Below, piece by piece: positions 1 through 11,300 of a stretch of DNA of 33,393 nucleotides. The stretch comes from a virus (Duplodnaviria; Heunggongvirae; Uroviricota; Caudoviricetes). Every line of letters starts with the position of its first letter. Positions within the stretch are counted from its first letter, which is position 1. The stretch is from the IMG/VR virus record IMGVR_UViG_3300028833_000069. The stretch is one strand, 5' to 3'. The notes under the pieces were generated by a model that did not search any database, was not told the DNA's origin, and worked only from the letters and a program-made list of their open reading frames with translations. The translations under genes were made by a program, and so were the position numbers.

Positions 1-933
1 TCTTGCAGCATTCATAGCACTAAAGAATATATCATACATATTTTGATTAGCAGAACTATAAGAGCCACCATTACCAACATGATTAGCAATCAATGCATTC
101 TTCATGTTTTTTGGTAACATACTAAAGATGTATTTCATTGCATGATTCATTTGTGCAATTTGGTCTTTAGACATGTTTTTCTCTTTAAATACTGCTGTAG
201 CACCAATTGTAGAAGTGATTTCAGCAAGCTGCTGTATAGCAGTTAAGTCTTCAACAGTTGGTTTTTTAGGAAGTTGTTGTCCAAGAATAGTAGTAAGAGC
301 TTGGAAAGCTTCAGAAGTAGTTTTGCTACTACCAATCTTATCTACTATTTTCCAAATCCAGTCATTAGCTTTCTCCACACCTGTACCACTACCAACAGTA
401 GTAATAATGTCTTGATTATAAACACTATGCGGGTCAAACTTCCTATATTCTATAAGTTGACTATATGTCAGAGGTTGTTGCTTATTATGATTTACTTTAG
501 AAGCATGAACTTTAGAAACATCACCAGATGCATTTCTGACATACATAAAGCCATTTTCATCAATAGCATAGTCTTCTAATGCATTGTTATTTTTAATTCT
601 ATTTTCTGCTTCTTCCATCCACTTAAAGTTGTTAAACAACTCAGCAGCTTTAGCTTGTAATTTATAATAAGTTTTCTTGTCAAAGCCTGAAGGAGAAAAA
701 CTAGAAGTTGACTCAAAGGCCTCAACATCTCTGTAAAAATCATAAACCTCATTAGTAAGACCATTCTGCATTAACTTAGTTTTAATATTCTCAGATAATA
801 CTTTAGGTCTTTCTTCTGTAGGGGCTTCTTGTGAAGGAGCTTGACCAGTAGGAGGTACAAGGGAGGACTTGTAATAGTTCCTCCCTATGAATAAACCTCC
901 ACCAGCATATTTTTCAATGTTAAATTGTCTCAT
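1..933 (-). CDS. Putative virion cargo/ejection-region protein, 3' end outside the window
   Basis: ATG at 933 overlaps the upstream TGA (ATGA). The frame is open to base 1 (MRQFNIEKYAGGGLF...FSAMNAAR, 311 codons). It is missing from the ORF track because there is no stop in the window. Function is inferred from position and the N-terminal GG motif. Confidence 0.75.
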   Translation of the reverse strand, partial: MRQFNIEKYAGGGLFIGRNYYKSSLVPPTGQAPSQEAPTEERPKVLSENIKTKLMQNGLTNEVYDFYRDVEAFESTSSFSPSGFDKKTYYKLQAKAAELFNNFKWMEEAENRIKNNNALEDYAIDENGFMYVRNASGDVSKVHASKVNHNKQQPLTYSQLIEYRKFDPHSVYNQDIITTVGSGTGVEKANDWIWKIVDKIGSSKTTSEAFQALTTILGQQLPKKPTVEDLTAIQQLAEITSTIGATAVFKEKNMSKDQIAQMNHAMKYIFSMLPKNMKNALIANHVGNGGSYSSANQNMYDIFFSAMNAAR

Positions 934-2435
934 TTGAATACACTTCTTAGTAAAATCTATTCTTCTGCACTAAGTCTCTTTAAAGCCTCATTGAGGTTTC
1001 TAGACTGTATTTGTTGTGCTTTAAGAGTTTGTTCCTTTTCAGCTTGTTGCTTCTTTTGATGAAGCATTGCAAGTCTTACCCATCTATCAAGTTCCCTATC
1101 TCTTGGAGTTTTACCACCTTGCTTAAAGTGCATTGGTAAATATGCAGGAGTTGTACCAAGATTTTGCATTGGTAAGCTATTAACAATAGTTGGATAATAT
1201 CTTGTTTGTTGTTGTAAAGTAAGTATATTACTTTGCTGACCTAATCCTTTTTGTCTAGCAGCTTGTAAATCAGTAAAGGTTTTATACAGTTCTTTACCTT
1301 TATCAGTACCAAGAACAGATTCAATGGTAAGTTGAGAATTTGGATGTAAACTGTTGTATCTTTGAATGTCTCCAGTTAATTGCTTTTGAACATCAGCCCA
1401 ACTAAGATTACCAGCAAAGGAAGATTTAATTCCATTACCAAAATCATATTGAGCTCCTTCTCCAAAGTCATTCTGGAAATTATCCAAAGATAAACTGTCA
1501 TTGTATTGCTGTTGTAAAGCAAGCATTTGATTGTAGTACTGAGTAGCATCTTGATTCTTTTGTTGTGCTAAAGCCTCAGCATTATAATCATGTAATCTTG
1601 ATGTAATAGTATCAGCAGTAGCATCAATTGTCTGGATTAAATTACCAAACTTAGATTGATTATATGCTCTTTCTGCATTGATAACATTGTTAAATGCAGC
1701 AGCATGTTGTTGACTATTCTGATTAGCAACATTAGCATCAATTTGTGCTTGCTTGTTAGCAATCTCAGCGGCAGCTTGAGTATTAGTGTTTACTTCTTTT
1801 TCTTGTACTTGACCAATCTGTTCTTCATATTGTCTTGCCTGGTCTTCTCCCATTGCTCTAATTGCAGCATTTTGTGTAGCATCAGAAGTTGTTTGCTGTG
1901 CAGCATTACTTCTTACTCTAGCAGCATTAGATGCTAACCTAGCTTTAGAAGCTCCATAATTAACTTGTGGAGCAACTAATCTAGGTCCTACAACAGTAGG
2001 TGTAATCATCTATTTTTGTAAATCAGCATCATTTTTAGCTGCAACTGTTGCTAACAACCCATTTATTAAATTAGGAGTTGCAGAGAAAAGTCCTTGTAAA
2101 ATACCTTTACCATAAGAATATTTATTCTGTGGCTGAGGCTAGAATTGAGGAACCATTTCTCCTTGCAAGTTGTTAGGATCTGGAGAAGCAACAACTCCTG
2201 AAGGCATAGAACCAGCAGGAGATGGAGCAGGAGCTACCTAACTTACATACTCACCAAGTCTTTCTTTTAAAGGCTTTATTGCAGGCTTGTATGTGTAATC
2301 CTCAGGATTAAGTTTAGGTAGTGTTAAAGGTTTCCAAGTATTTTGTTGCAAAAATGGAAGGTTAAACTCTCCAAATCTTGGAACTGAACTTTGACCAGGA
2401 TTAAATGTATAATCAAGTTTTAAATTCTCAAACAT
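930..2435 (-). CDS. Putative cargo/ejection protein, Gln/Ala-rich and coiled-coil-like (501 aa with TAG=Gln)
   Basis: ORFs 2238..2435 and 957..2009 are in the same frame and join through TAGs at 2238, 2139, 2010 and 957. The gene ends in TGA at 930-932 and contains the motif FKQGGK. Confidence 0.75.
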
Positions 2436-2436
2436 G

Positions 2437-5400
2437 TTATTCTTTATTTAATGGAGTGTAAAACTTACCACCTTGTTTATAAACTATAAATGCAGGAGTT
2501 TGTTCGATACCCATTAAAATAGGAGTTCTACTCATAGAAGTAGGAGCAAACTCAGCACCAATTGGAGTACCAGCATTAAATGCATTAACACCAGTAGTAT
2601 TTAAGTGTTGTTGGTATCTTTGCATGAATGCATTGTGCTCTTTAGGGCTCATAGCATCCCAGAAATCATTTGGATTTTCTTTACCAAAATACCAACCTTT
2701 CTTTGTAGCAGGAGTACTTGTAGGAGCTGGTGTACTAACTGGAGCTTTTACTTGTTTAGGAGCAAAGAACAAAGCTCTATTTCTTCCTGTAGCAATATCT
2801 ACATCAGAAGCAAGTGGCCCAAGTCTTCTTTCTAGTCTTTCATTACCAGGAACTCCATAATCAAATGCAACTCTTTCAGGTTTGAAATTCTGTTCTGCAA
2901 GAGGATTATTAAACTGAGTTACTCTACCTCTCCAGAATTTCCATTGCATTTTCTTATCTGGAACTAATTCAAGGTCTTGATTTCCACCAATGTTTCTTAA
3001 CAGCTTGTTAGCTTCTTGTAAATCAGGAGCTGTTTGTAACTTCTTGAGTTCTTCAGCTGTTAAAGGAACTTCAACATCAGTTAACTTTCCTGTAGCAGTG
3101 TTAGCTTGTTTAGCTTTAATCTTAAAGAACTTCTTATCACTCTGTGCAAGTAATGCATTGTTTTGTGCTTTCTTAGTCTTATAACCACTTGCTGCTTGTC
3201 TGTTAAGACCTGCAATCATACTAAGACCTTGAATAAGAGTTCTCCAATCATTAGCAGTCATATCCTTACCTTCACCATTTATAAGTTTTGTAAAGGCTTG
3301 TTTGTAGTTTTCAGAATTACCAATGAATTCAAATCCTGCCATAATTGGAGTAGCAAATTTGGATAAAGTCTTAACAACCTTACCAACTTTACCTACACCT
3401 CCAAACAAACCTACAACATCAAAAGCTAAGTTAACTCCCAAGTTACCAATGTCTCTCCATTGGAAACCATCTTCAGTAATATCAGCAACTAAGTTATTAA
3501 CAGAAGAACCTACTCCAAGAACAGCTGAAGCAGCAGTACCATAACCAGGAATCCAAGCAGCTACAATAGAACTTAAATCTGCAATAGCAGAACCAAGTCT
3601 TTGCCAATCTTGTGCAGACCAACCATCTACACCTGGCATTCTGTTAGCAGCAGCTTCTTCTGTAATAGAGTTTGCTTCACCAGCACCAAAATAGCCAATC
3701 CTTGTCTTATCCCACTTACCATTACTTTGTTCACTAAGCGGAATTTTAGTACCTTTCTTAGCTGTGATTACACCACCTTCTTTTTTATTGTATATAGAAT
3801 TGTGAGCTGTTCTAATAATGTTTCTCAATTCAAGAATTTGTCCTTCAGTAAACTTAATATCTCCACTTCTATACTTTTGATTTAACCAAGCACCAAGTGC
3901 ATGAGCTTGTTGTTCACCATTTCTAGCATTATACAAGTCAGAACCAGCAATTCTTTTAAGAGAATCCATGAATCTGTTGAAATCTCCTGCATTATTAACA
4001 GTAAACATTCTATCCCAAGCTCTCACTAACTCAGGATTAGCTTCTCCAGTAAATAAAGTTTCATACTTTACTTCATTTGGAAAATCTTCTGTACCAAGTT
4101 CATTATCTCCCTGAATTACATAATTAAAAGGAGTATTTCCTAAATTAAAGGCAACACTATTACCGTTTGTGTCTTTGTAATATAATGGAGAGTTATTTCC
4201 TAATTCATAAGTTCCATAGAAGTTTTGACTTCTTTTTCCTCCTAACATCCAGATAGGTTTAGTACTACCAAACTGTCTACTAAAATCATAGAATCTCATG
4301 TCAGAAGGAGCTATATTTGACCTATAGAACCCTGCTGCTTGTGCATCACTTATATTATCTAAGAACAGGTTAACATCATAATAAGGAACCAAATCAGATT
4401 GTTGTTGCTGAATTGCTTGAGTTCTAGTAGTTAAGAAGTTCTTTAAATTGTTATCCAAACCATACTTAACTTGGTCTTCTTGTGCATTTGTACCATAATG
4501 TAACTTACCACTTGGGTCTACATAATAGTAATTGTTGAATTGAGGGTCTCTATAATCATAGTTAATGTCACCCTTGCCAATTTGAGTTTGGTCTGTTGTC
4601 CACCAAGCACCATCTCTAAATACCCAAGAGTTACCAAGATTACCAGAACCCCAAAGATTAGGAGTTGTAATCTTACCTGGTTTTACATTTCCTGGGCTTG
4701 CAGGACCACTTGGAGTAGTCGGGTCTGCTTCAGGAAACAATTGTTTAATCCATTCATTATCACCTCCAAGGTCTCTCCATAACTTCTTAGCATCTTTTCT
4801 GTTAGTCAAAGCTGCCATTCTCTCTGCAAGAGTAGAAGCATCAAAACCATGAGGAGTAATAAAGTTCCACTTAGATTTATTCTCTTCAGAATTATCAGAA
4901 TTGTATCTGTCAAGAGTTGCTTGAATTCTCCTATTCATAGCCTGAATTCTGGTAGCATCACTATTGTAATTGGTAGACATGTCACCAGTTTCATTCATAA
5001 CAGAACTCCAATCCCAATCAATTACAGAAGAAGAGGTTCCTTTTGGAGTAGCTTTCTTTCCTTTATGTTGATTATAACCAGCATATACATATCTGACAAT
5101 CTGGCCTGTCTCACTTTGAGAAGGATTAGTGTCACTATGATGTAATCTGCCAAAGAAATTCTTATCAGGAATTCTAGCACTTGCATTAGTTAGATGGAAG
5201 AAATCTCTATATTGACTATAATCATCTCCATCTAATGTGCCAAGTAAGTATTTCTTAGCATCATTTGTTACATGAGCTGCATCTGCTGGTCTAAGTTTAT
5301 AGGCAGAAGAATAGTTATTAACACCTGCTAAGATGTTCTCCCAATCTTGTTTTGTTTCAGCATCCAAACCAGCATATGCCTTATTGTAAGCCTGGTCCAA

Positions 5401-5457
5401 AGCAGATGGTTCTTGCTGTGCCTATCCTCCACCTTGTAATTTAGCAATTTGTGCCAT
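2437..5457 (-). CDS. Large putative cargo/ejection protein with a Gly-rich hydrophobic segment (1006 aa with TAG=Gln)
   Basis: ATG at 5457 (MAQIAKLQGGG), a single TAG at 5422, then the 987-aa ORF ending in TAA. Hydrophobic stretch LGSAIADLSSIVAAWIPGYGTAASAVLGVG...LAFDVVGLFGGVGKVGK. Confidence 0.75.
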
Positions 5458-5806
5458 ATTGTAATGTAAATTGTGATTTCTATTTAGTTATATTGCTTAC
5501 TATATTGTAAACAGTTTTTCTTGTTAGATGTAGTACTTTGGAGGCTTCCTTCTTGTTATCAAAAAGTCTTGTTGCTCCATTACTATATGTACATTTAATA
5601 GTATATTGAGGAATCTCCCAGTACTTATCATCATCATTTACATATTTCCATTTATATCCCTTGTAAGACTATCTTCTGCCAATGCACACATCTCTAATAG
5701 AAGATGCATTATAACCTGACTTTGAGGCTTCATAAGCAGATTGCCAAACTCTAACAATAGTCTCACCTTGTAACTGATATACTGGTTTTTTTGGAATACC
5801 TCGCAT
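5441..5806 (-). CDS. NUMOD1-like DNA-binding domain protein with no nuclease domain (121 aa with TAG=Gln)
   Basis: Manual translation: MRGIPKKPVYQLQGETIVRVWQSAYEASKSGYNASSIRDVCIGRR[Q]SYKGYKWKY...RLFDNKKEASKVLHLTRKTVYNIV... with TAGs at 5669 and 5480 and TAA at 5441. It matches the NUMOD1 pattern KPVxQ...S..EA...I..xC.G.....GY.W.Y. Confidence 0.75.
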
Positions 5807-5811
5807 AATGT

Positions 5812-5852
5812 AAAAAATAAAAAAGGAGAGATTAGCATCTCTAATCCCTCCT
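5812..5852 (-). terminator. Intrinsic terminator after the 83-aa gene
   Basis: Minus strand AGGAGGGATTAG-AGATG-CTAATCTCTCCT followed by TTTTTATTTTTT; 12-bp stem with one G-U pair. Confidence 0.75.
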
Positions 5853-5858
5853 CAAAAC

Positions 5859-6110
5859 TTATTTCAGTCTGCCAGTAATCTTGCCACCTTGTTTTTGGTA
5901 AACAGGACCTTGAGGAGCACCCTGAACAATTTGCATAATTACTTGTGCAAGTGCCATAGCACCTTCAGGACCAAGACTCTGTACAATCTCCATAGCCATT
6001 TGCTGCAATTGTTGCATTGCTTGCTCTTGTTCTGCTGGAGCTGGAGCTGCTGGAGCAGCAGGTGCTGCACCACCCTCCTGAAATTTAAATTTTCTTGCTT
6101 CTTTTGCCAT
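5859..6110 (-). CDS. Small Ala/Pro/Gln-rich protein (83 aa), probable virion or assembly protein
   Basis: Clean ATG-to-TAA ORF between a promoter and a terminator, with GG motifs at both ends (KFQEGG, YQKQGGKI). Confidence 0.8.
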   Translation of the reverse strand: MAKEARKFKFQEGGAAPAAPAAPAPAEQEQAMQQLQQMAMEIVQSLGPEGAMALAQVIMQIVQGAPQGPVYQKQGGKITGRLK

Positions 6111-6143
6111 GATTTAATATATTAAATAGGTTTGTAAAATTTT

Positions 6144-6213
6144 GTGCAAAGTTATATAAATTTTCATAAGAAAAAAACCAAAAGTATTAAATAATGATTT
6201 AAGCTTCCCATTT
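6144..6213 (-). promoter_or_regulatory. Bacteroidota-type promoter (-7 TAnnTTTG) with a conserved upstream 19-bp motif
   Basis: Minus strand TAACTTTG at 6147-6154, GGTTTTTT near the -33 position, and AAATGGGAAGCTTAAATCA at 6195-6213. The architecture is the same as at 25442-25511. Confidence 0.7.
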
Positions 6214-6231
6214 GCAAACAAACAGCCTAAA

Positions 6232-6825
6232 TTACTCATCAACATACTAAGCTGGCCTAGAATCTTGAGCTTTTATCTCTTTAATTACAGCTCTACCCAA
6301 CTTTTTATAATCTTTTTCTTCATCAGATTTATATGCTCTTAATGCAAGAGTAATTAGTTTTCTAGTAGATATTCTACTGAATATTCTCTCACCACCGTTA
6401 AGTGACATCTGTACATCTCCATCACTGTCTAGAACTAAGAGTTTAGAGTTTTTAACTTGCTCCTCTTCTGCCTTCTCAGTTTCCTCATCAAAATCTACTT
6501 CTAATAAATCTCCTGGTTCTACACCAGATTTAGGATTAACCTCCAATACATAAAGCACATTTTTTTCAAAAACAGGCTCTTCTGCATAAGGTTTCATTGT
6601 ATGTACAGATATTACTTCACAGTTATCATCAATAAATATAATATCTAAAGGTATACCAGTATCTTCCATTGTATAACCAATCTCTTCTTGAGGTTCATCA
6701 TAAACAAAAAGCATACCAGAATCAAGTGGAAGCCAAGTTTCATTACTTAACCCCACCTCCCTTTCTTCTTCTGTAGAAGCTACAAGGACATTATATTTTT
6801 TACCTCCAATTCTAATCTGCTTCAT
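6232..6825 (-). CDS. DUF192 family protein with an extra C-terminal domain (197 aa with TAG=Gln)
   Basis: DUF192 motifs VASTEEEREVGLS, GMLFVY, M.DTGIPLDIIFID and YVLEVN. TAG at 6247 is followed by YVDE and TAA at 6232. Confidence 0.8.
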
Positions 6826-8330
6826 TGTTTATCCTCCAAGTCATTGATTAAACCAGTATTATCTTCTGTATTAGACATAAGTTCTTTACAGAGTAATTTA
6901 CCAGCATAAATAAGATACTTATCATCTTTAGTTTCATCATATTTATCTCTACAGTATTCCAGTTTTTTAGTAAGAGATAAATTGAGAATTAACTCATTCT
7001 CTTCAATTTCTGCATGTTGCACAATCTCACCACCTTTTTGTTTAATTTCTTCAAGAGTAGTAGGAGTGCCTTCTGTAGAAATTACAGGAATACCTTTTTT
7101 TGTTATATCTTCAAGGTCTATATGATTTTTGTTCTTATGTAACGCTCCTTCTGGAATTACATTAGGTTCCTTACCAGTCTGTACTCCTTCAAGACTATGC
7201 TTCTTATCTTCAGCAAGTTTCTTTCTTCTAGCAATTACATAATCAGACATAGACTTTAATCTAGCACCATGCTTAGCTGCTAATATAGATGTATCAACAC
7301 CACCTGCTAAAGCTAACTGATTTGCAAGCATTACATCATTTAAAGAAGCTTGTCTAGCTTTTTGTTCAAATTTAGCATCTTCTACTAAGTTCTTGGCTTT
7401 CATTGCCATTTCAGCTTGTGCATTTCTTCTCTCATTCTTTCTCTCCTGGGCTCCTCTTTGCCAACTTCTACCAGATGATTCTTCAAAGTGACCAAGACCT
7501 GAACCATATGAGTTTGTATCAAGATTTACATGGAATCCTTCAACCTTTGAACCAAATGCTTTATCTGCAAAGTTAACTGCTTTTAAAGCAGCAGCTGCTG
7601 CCATAGCATATGGATTACCACTTGCCATAAGACCATTAGAAACAGTATCAACTCCAGCATCAATCATATTGGAAGTTTCATCCATTTTAAGGTCTTGTGT
7701 CATTAACTTATCAGCAGTACCTACAACAGAATTAACAACAGAAGCAGCTTTACCAACAACCTGACCAGCCTTTGCTGCTCTAGCAGCTCTTGCTTCAGCA
7801 GCCTTCTGTCCATCTGCATTTGCAGCATCAATTTGTTCTTGAGTTAAGTTAGCAGAAACAGCTTCATCTTGTTGTATTGAGGAATTCAAAGATTCTAACT
7901 GTGAAACATCATCAGGAGTTGCAATACCTCTATCAACTTTTAATTGAAGCTCTGTTTGCTTTAACTTATTTTGCCCAAGTCTAGCTTGTGCTTCTTGATA
8001 CTTAGTTGCTTGTAAGTCTTTAGCAGCATTATAAGCATTAGCATTAGCACTACTAGTAATTCTTCTCACATAAGCCTGACTAGGAGTATACTGAGATGAG
8101 CCAGCATAACCTGGAAACAATACATCCATAGTATTCATTAATGCACTGTTACCAGCAAACTGTGTACCAGGATACATTTGCCCAGGACTTTGCTCACCAA
8201 GTGCAGTAGTACCAGGAGGAGTTGTAACTCCTACAACCCCTCCTTGACTATCAGCAGCTTGGCTCATTGCACTAATCTAAGCATCACTAAAGCCCAACTG
8301 TAGAAGACCATTTATTTGTTCTTGTGTCAT
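6822..8330 (-). CDS. Putative cargo/ejection protein, Ala-rich and helical (502 aa with TAG=Gln)
   Basis: ATG at 8330 directly follows the upstream TAA. TAG at 8277, then the 481-aa ORF. The TGA stop overlaps the next ATG. Confidence 0.7.
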
Positions 8331-8331
8331 A

Positions 8332-11300
8332 TTAAGCAAAACTATAATCAAACAAAGTAGTGACACCTTGTATGATCGCAAGGTTTTCACCTGAATATCT
8401 TACCTTTACTTTAAGGTATTTATCTCTAAGTCTAGCTTCTATTGGAGCTGTAAAATTAACATCTCCAGCAGTAATTACCCAAGTATCTTCTGTGGGCTGT
8501 CTGAAGATTATTTCAGATTCAGAATTATCTGCAAGTACTGTCATTTCAACAATAGAGCAATTCTCACTAACTGAGAAGTAAATCTTGTTCAGACCTTTCT
8601 CAATAAATTGAGGTTCTTCTATATTGTCAAAGTAAACATAACAGTCATTATTAGAAAGTGTTTCAAAAGAGTACAGAATACCTTTTTTAAACTTACCATA
8701 TAACTTGAATGTAGTACTTGTAATACCTGTTAACTTCTTCAATTGCATAATATCTTCATCAACAGTAACTTCAGCTTGAGAAGATTCTTTTTCTCTTGCT
8801 TTAAATCTTTGTTGAGTATCATCCTTAAGTAAAGCATAGGAGAATCTAACAGGTCTTAATTCTACTCTCCACAAATCTTCTAGATACTGCATATTACCAG
8901 CAGCTCTACCATATTTCTTAATATCAACACCAAGTTGTTCTGTATGAACTCTGTTCTCATGTAACTGGGTGTCTTCTATCAGACAAGTTTCAACACAGTT
9001 GTTAAGATATTCAAAATCATTAGAACCTGTTTCTAAAGCTCTTTCTTTAATATCATTCTCAACCTGTGCTTTTTCAAATTCTGTAAATTCAACAAAGTAA
9101 GGAATCTTTGGGAATTTATAGGAAGCATCTTTACCAAATAATGTTGGGAAATCATCTTGCTTAATTAAATCTCCATAAGTACTTTCTAAAACTTGTTTAT
9201 ACAAATACTTTAGATTTTCTTCATAATTTCCTGGTAAAGTCTCAGCTTTACTATTTATCCACTCAATTACTTCTTTATATTCCCACCATTCATAAGACTC
9301 ACCAACTACTTCAAATTCAAACTTCTTAGGCTCTGCCTTATTTGAAAGAATCATTAAGTTATTGAATATCTTTTGAATCTATGGAGCTTCATTTACAATA
9401 AACTCAAAATTAAACTCATGCTGCTTACCATACCAGTTAGCAGGTTTAATCTTACCTTGATTATCATATAAACCTGCTTGACCATGTTTCCACAATTCCA
9501 TGAAGTCACTTGCAGTTCTTATTTCATAAGGTGCATGGTCTCCATCTGAAATTGGGTCAGACTCATCAGTAAGTTGAGTATAGTAATCAATTGTTTTTAA
9601 CTTATTGTTAATCTTATTGTAAATTTCAAAGTCTTCCTTAATTTCTGTAAAGTGAGGTTCACAGAGTTCTAATTGCTCTGCTTGCTTACTTGCTATAGTA
9701 ATGTAACTTCCTTTCTTCAAAGTACTATATTTGAAATATATACTGAAGAATTTCCAAGCATCATCATTACTTGAGCCTTTTGCAATGTTATTTTGTACTT
9801 CAATGGTATCACCTTCAAATACAAAATCTTTCTTTTCATACTCGCCATTCAGAACTAAATCTACATCATTTGTAGTTTTGATATAGAAGCTTAAACAAGC
9901 AATACTATCATCTGTAAGCCCCATATCTTTTAATGGCTCTGTAGAAGGTCTACTGGTACCAAGAACAATTACATACTTATAGTCAGTATCACTATAAGTA
10001 CTGTTCTCATCATCTACTTCATAGGTATATACATTGGTAAATCCAGTGTATGCTCCATCAATATTTGATTTCAGTTCTTGATAAGTACCTTCACCTTTTA
10101 TTGCATTAGGATAAACCTATAAGATTGCATTATAAGGTGTAAAGCCATCATTAAGTTTTTGATTCAAACTATCTTGAATCTTTAAGAATTTATCTCTATC
10201 AAAAGAGAAGAAAATATTATCAATATTCTGTGATAATACAGGATACCAATCATAGAAAGTAGTGAACTTTTGAGTTACAAGATTATAACACAAAGACCAC
10301 TTAATATTTCTATCATTGTTATAAAAAGTAAAGATAACATCCCTCTTGAAAGCATTATAGTGTGTAACAACATTCTTCTTTCCTAAATCTTCTTGCATGT
10401 CAAACTCTGACAAGTCTAAGTGGTCATTTAAGAATTTCTGTACTTTAAAGTCAGAAATACAAGTAAGTTCTCCATTATAAAGCCAAATCTTCTTAGCAAC
10501 TGTATCTACACCAAAAATACCAGATTCTGTCTTAATAATAGAGTCTTTCCACATAGAACCATATATGTCAGAAACAACAACAGGAGTTTCAGGTAATACA
10601 GAATTAGAGCCAATGTAAATTGGTCCACCTTCTGTAGCAGAAGTCATTGCTCTTTCATTTACTGTTAAGAAGAGGATACCATGCTCACATACACAAATAA
10701 TATTACCATTGTAATCTACAATCTTGGTAATAGAACCATAAATCTTTGGATAATCTCTATAAGCACTTTCATAGATTACTCTATAACCATTCTTAATAGA
10801 ATTATTTACAGATATTTCTGACCACCAAATTCTTGTATTATATTCTTCTTTAAAGAATGGTACATCAGGTAATTGTAAGTATTTCTTACTTGGTACTGAA
10901 ATAGCACAAGCACCATTTATAACATCAGAATCTTGTTGTGTACTATGTGCATCTAAGTTATTAGAGAATGGGAAGAAATCTCTTTTCTTACCAAAAATAA
11001 CTTCCTCTTCAGGATGATTATAATCAATGTCTCTTAATGACAAGTTGATAGAACAACAAACAGGGAATGTAATCCATGTACCAATTGGTACTGCATTAAC
11101 ATCAGCTCTGTTAATGTTAGACAAACCTCTTGTAACCCATTCTTCTTCCTTAACAGTACTGATGATAGAACCAAAGATTTTCTTTAATGTTCCACCACTA
11201 CTACTAGATTCCTAACTTTGTGGGTCAAGAGCCTTGTAGTTACTGTTTTCTTGCATATCTCCATTTATATTAACAGAGAATGCTTGAACTACTTCATTAG

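Noticed and set aside
5638-5838. Listed 66-aa minus-strand ORF
   Set aside because: It overlaps a terminator and is out of frame with the better-supported NUMOD1-like gene at 5441..5806.
930-6825. TGA also recoded
   Set aside because: Both TGAs examined (930 and 6822) overlap the next gene's ATG as ATGA, consistent with real stops.
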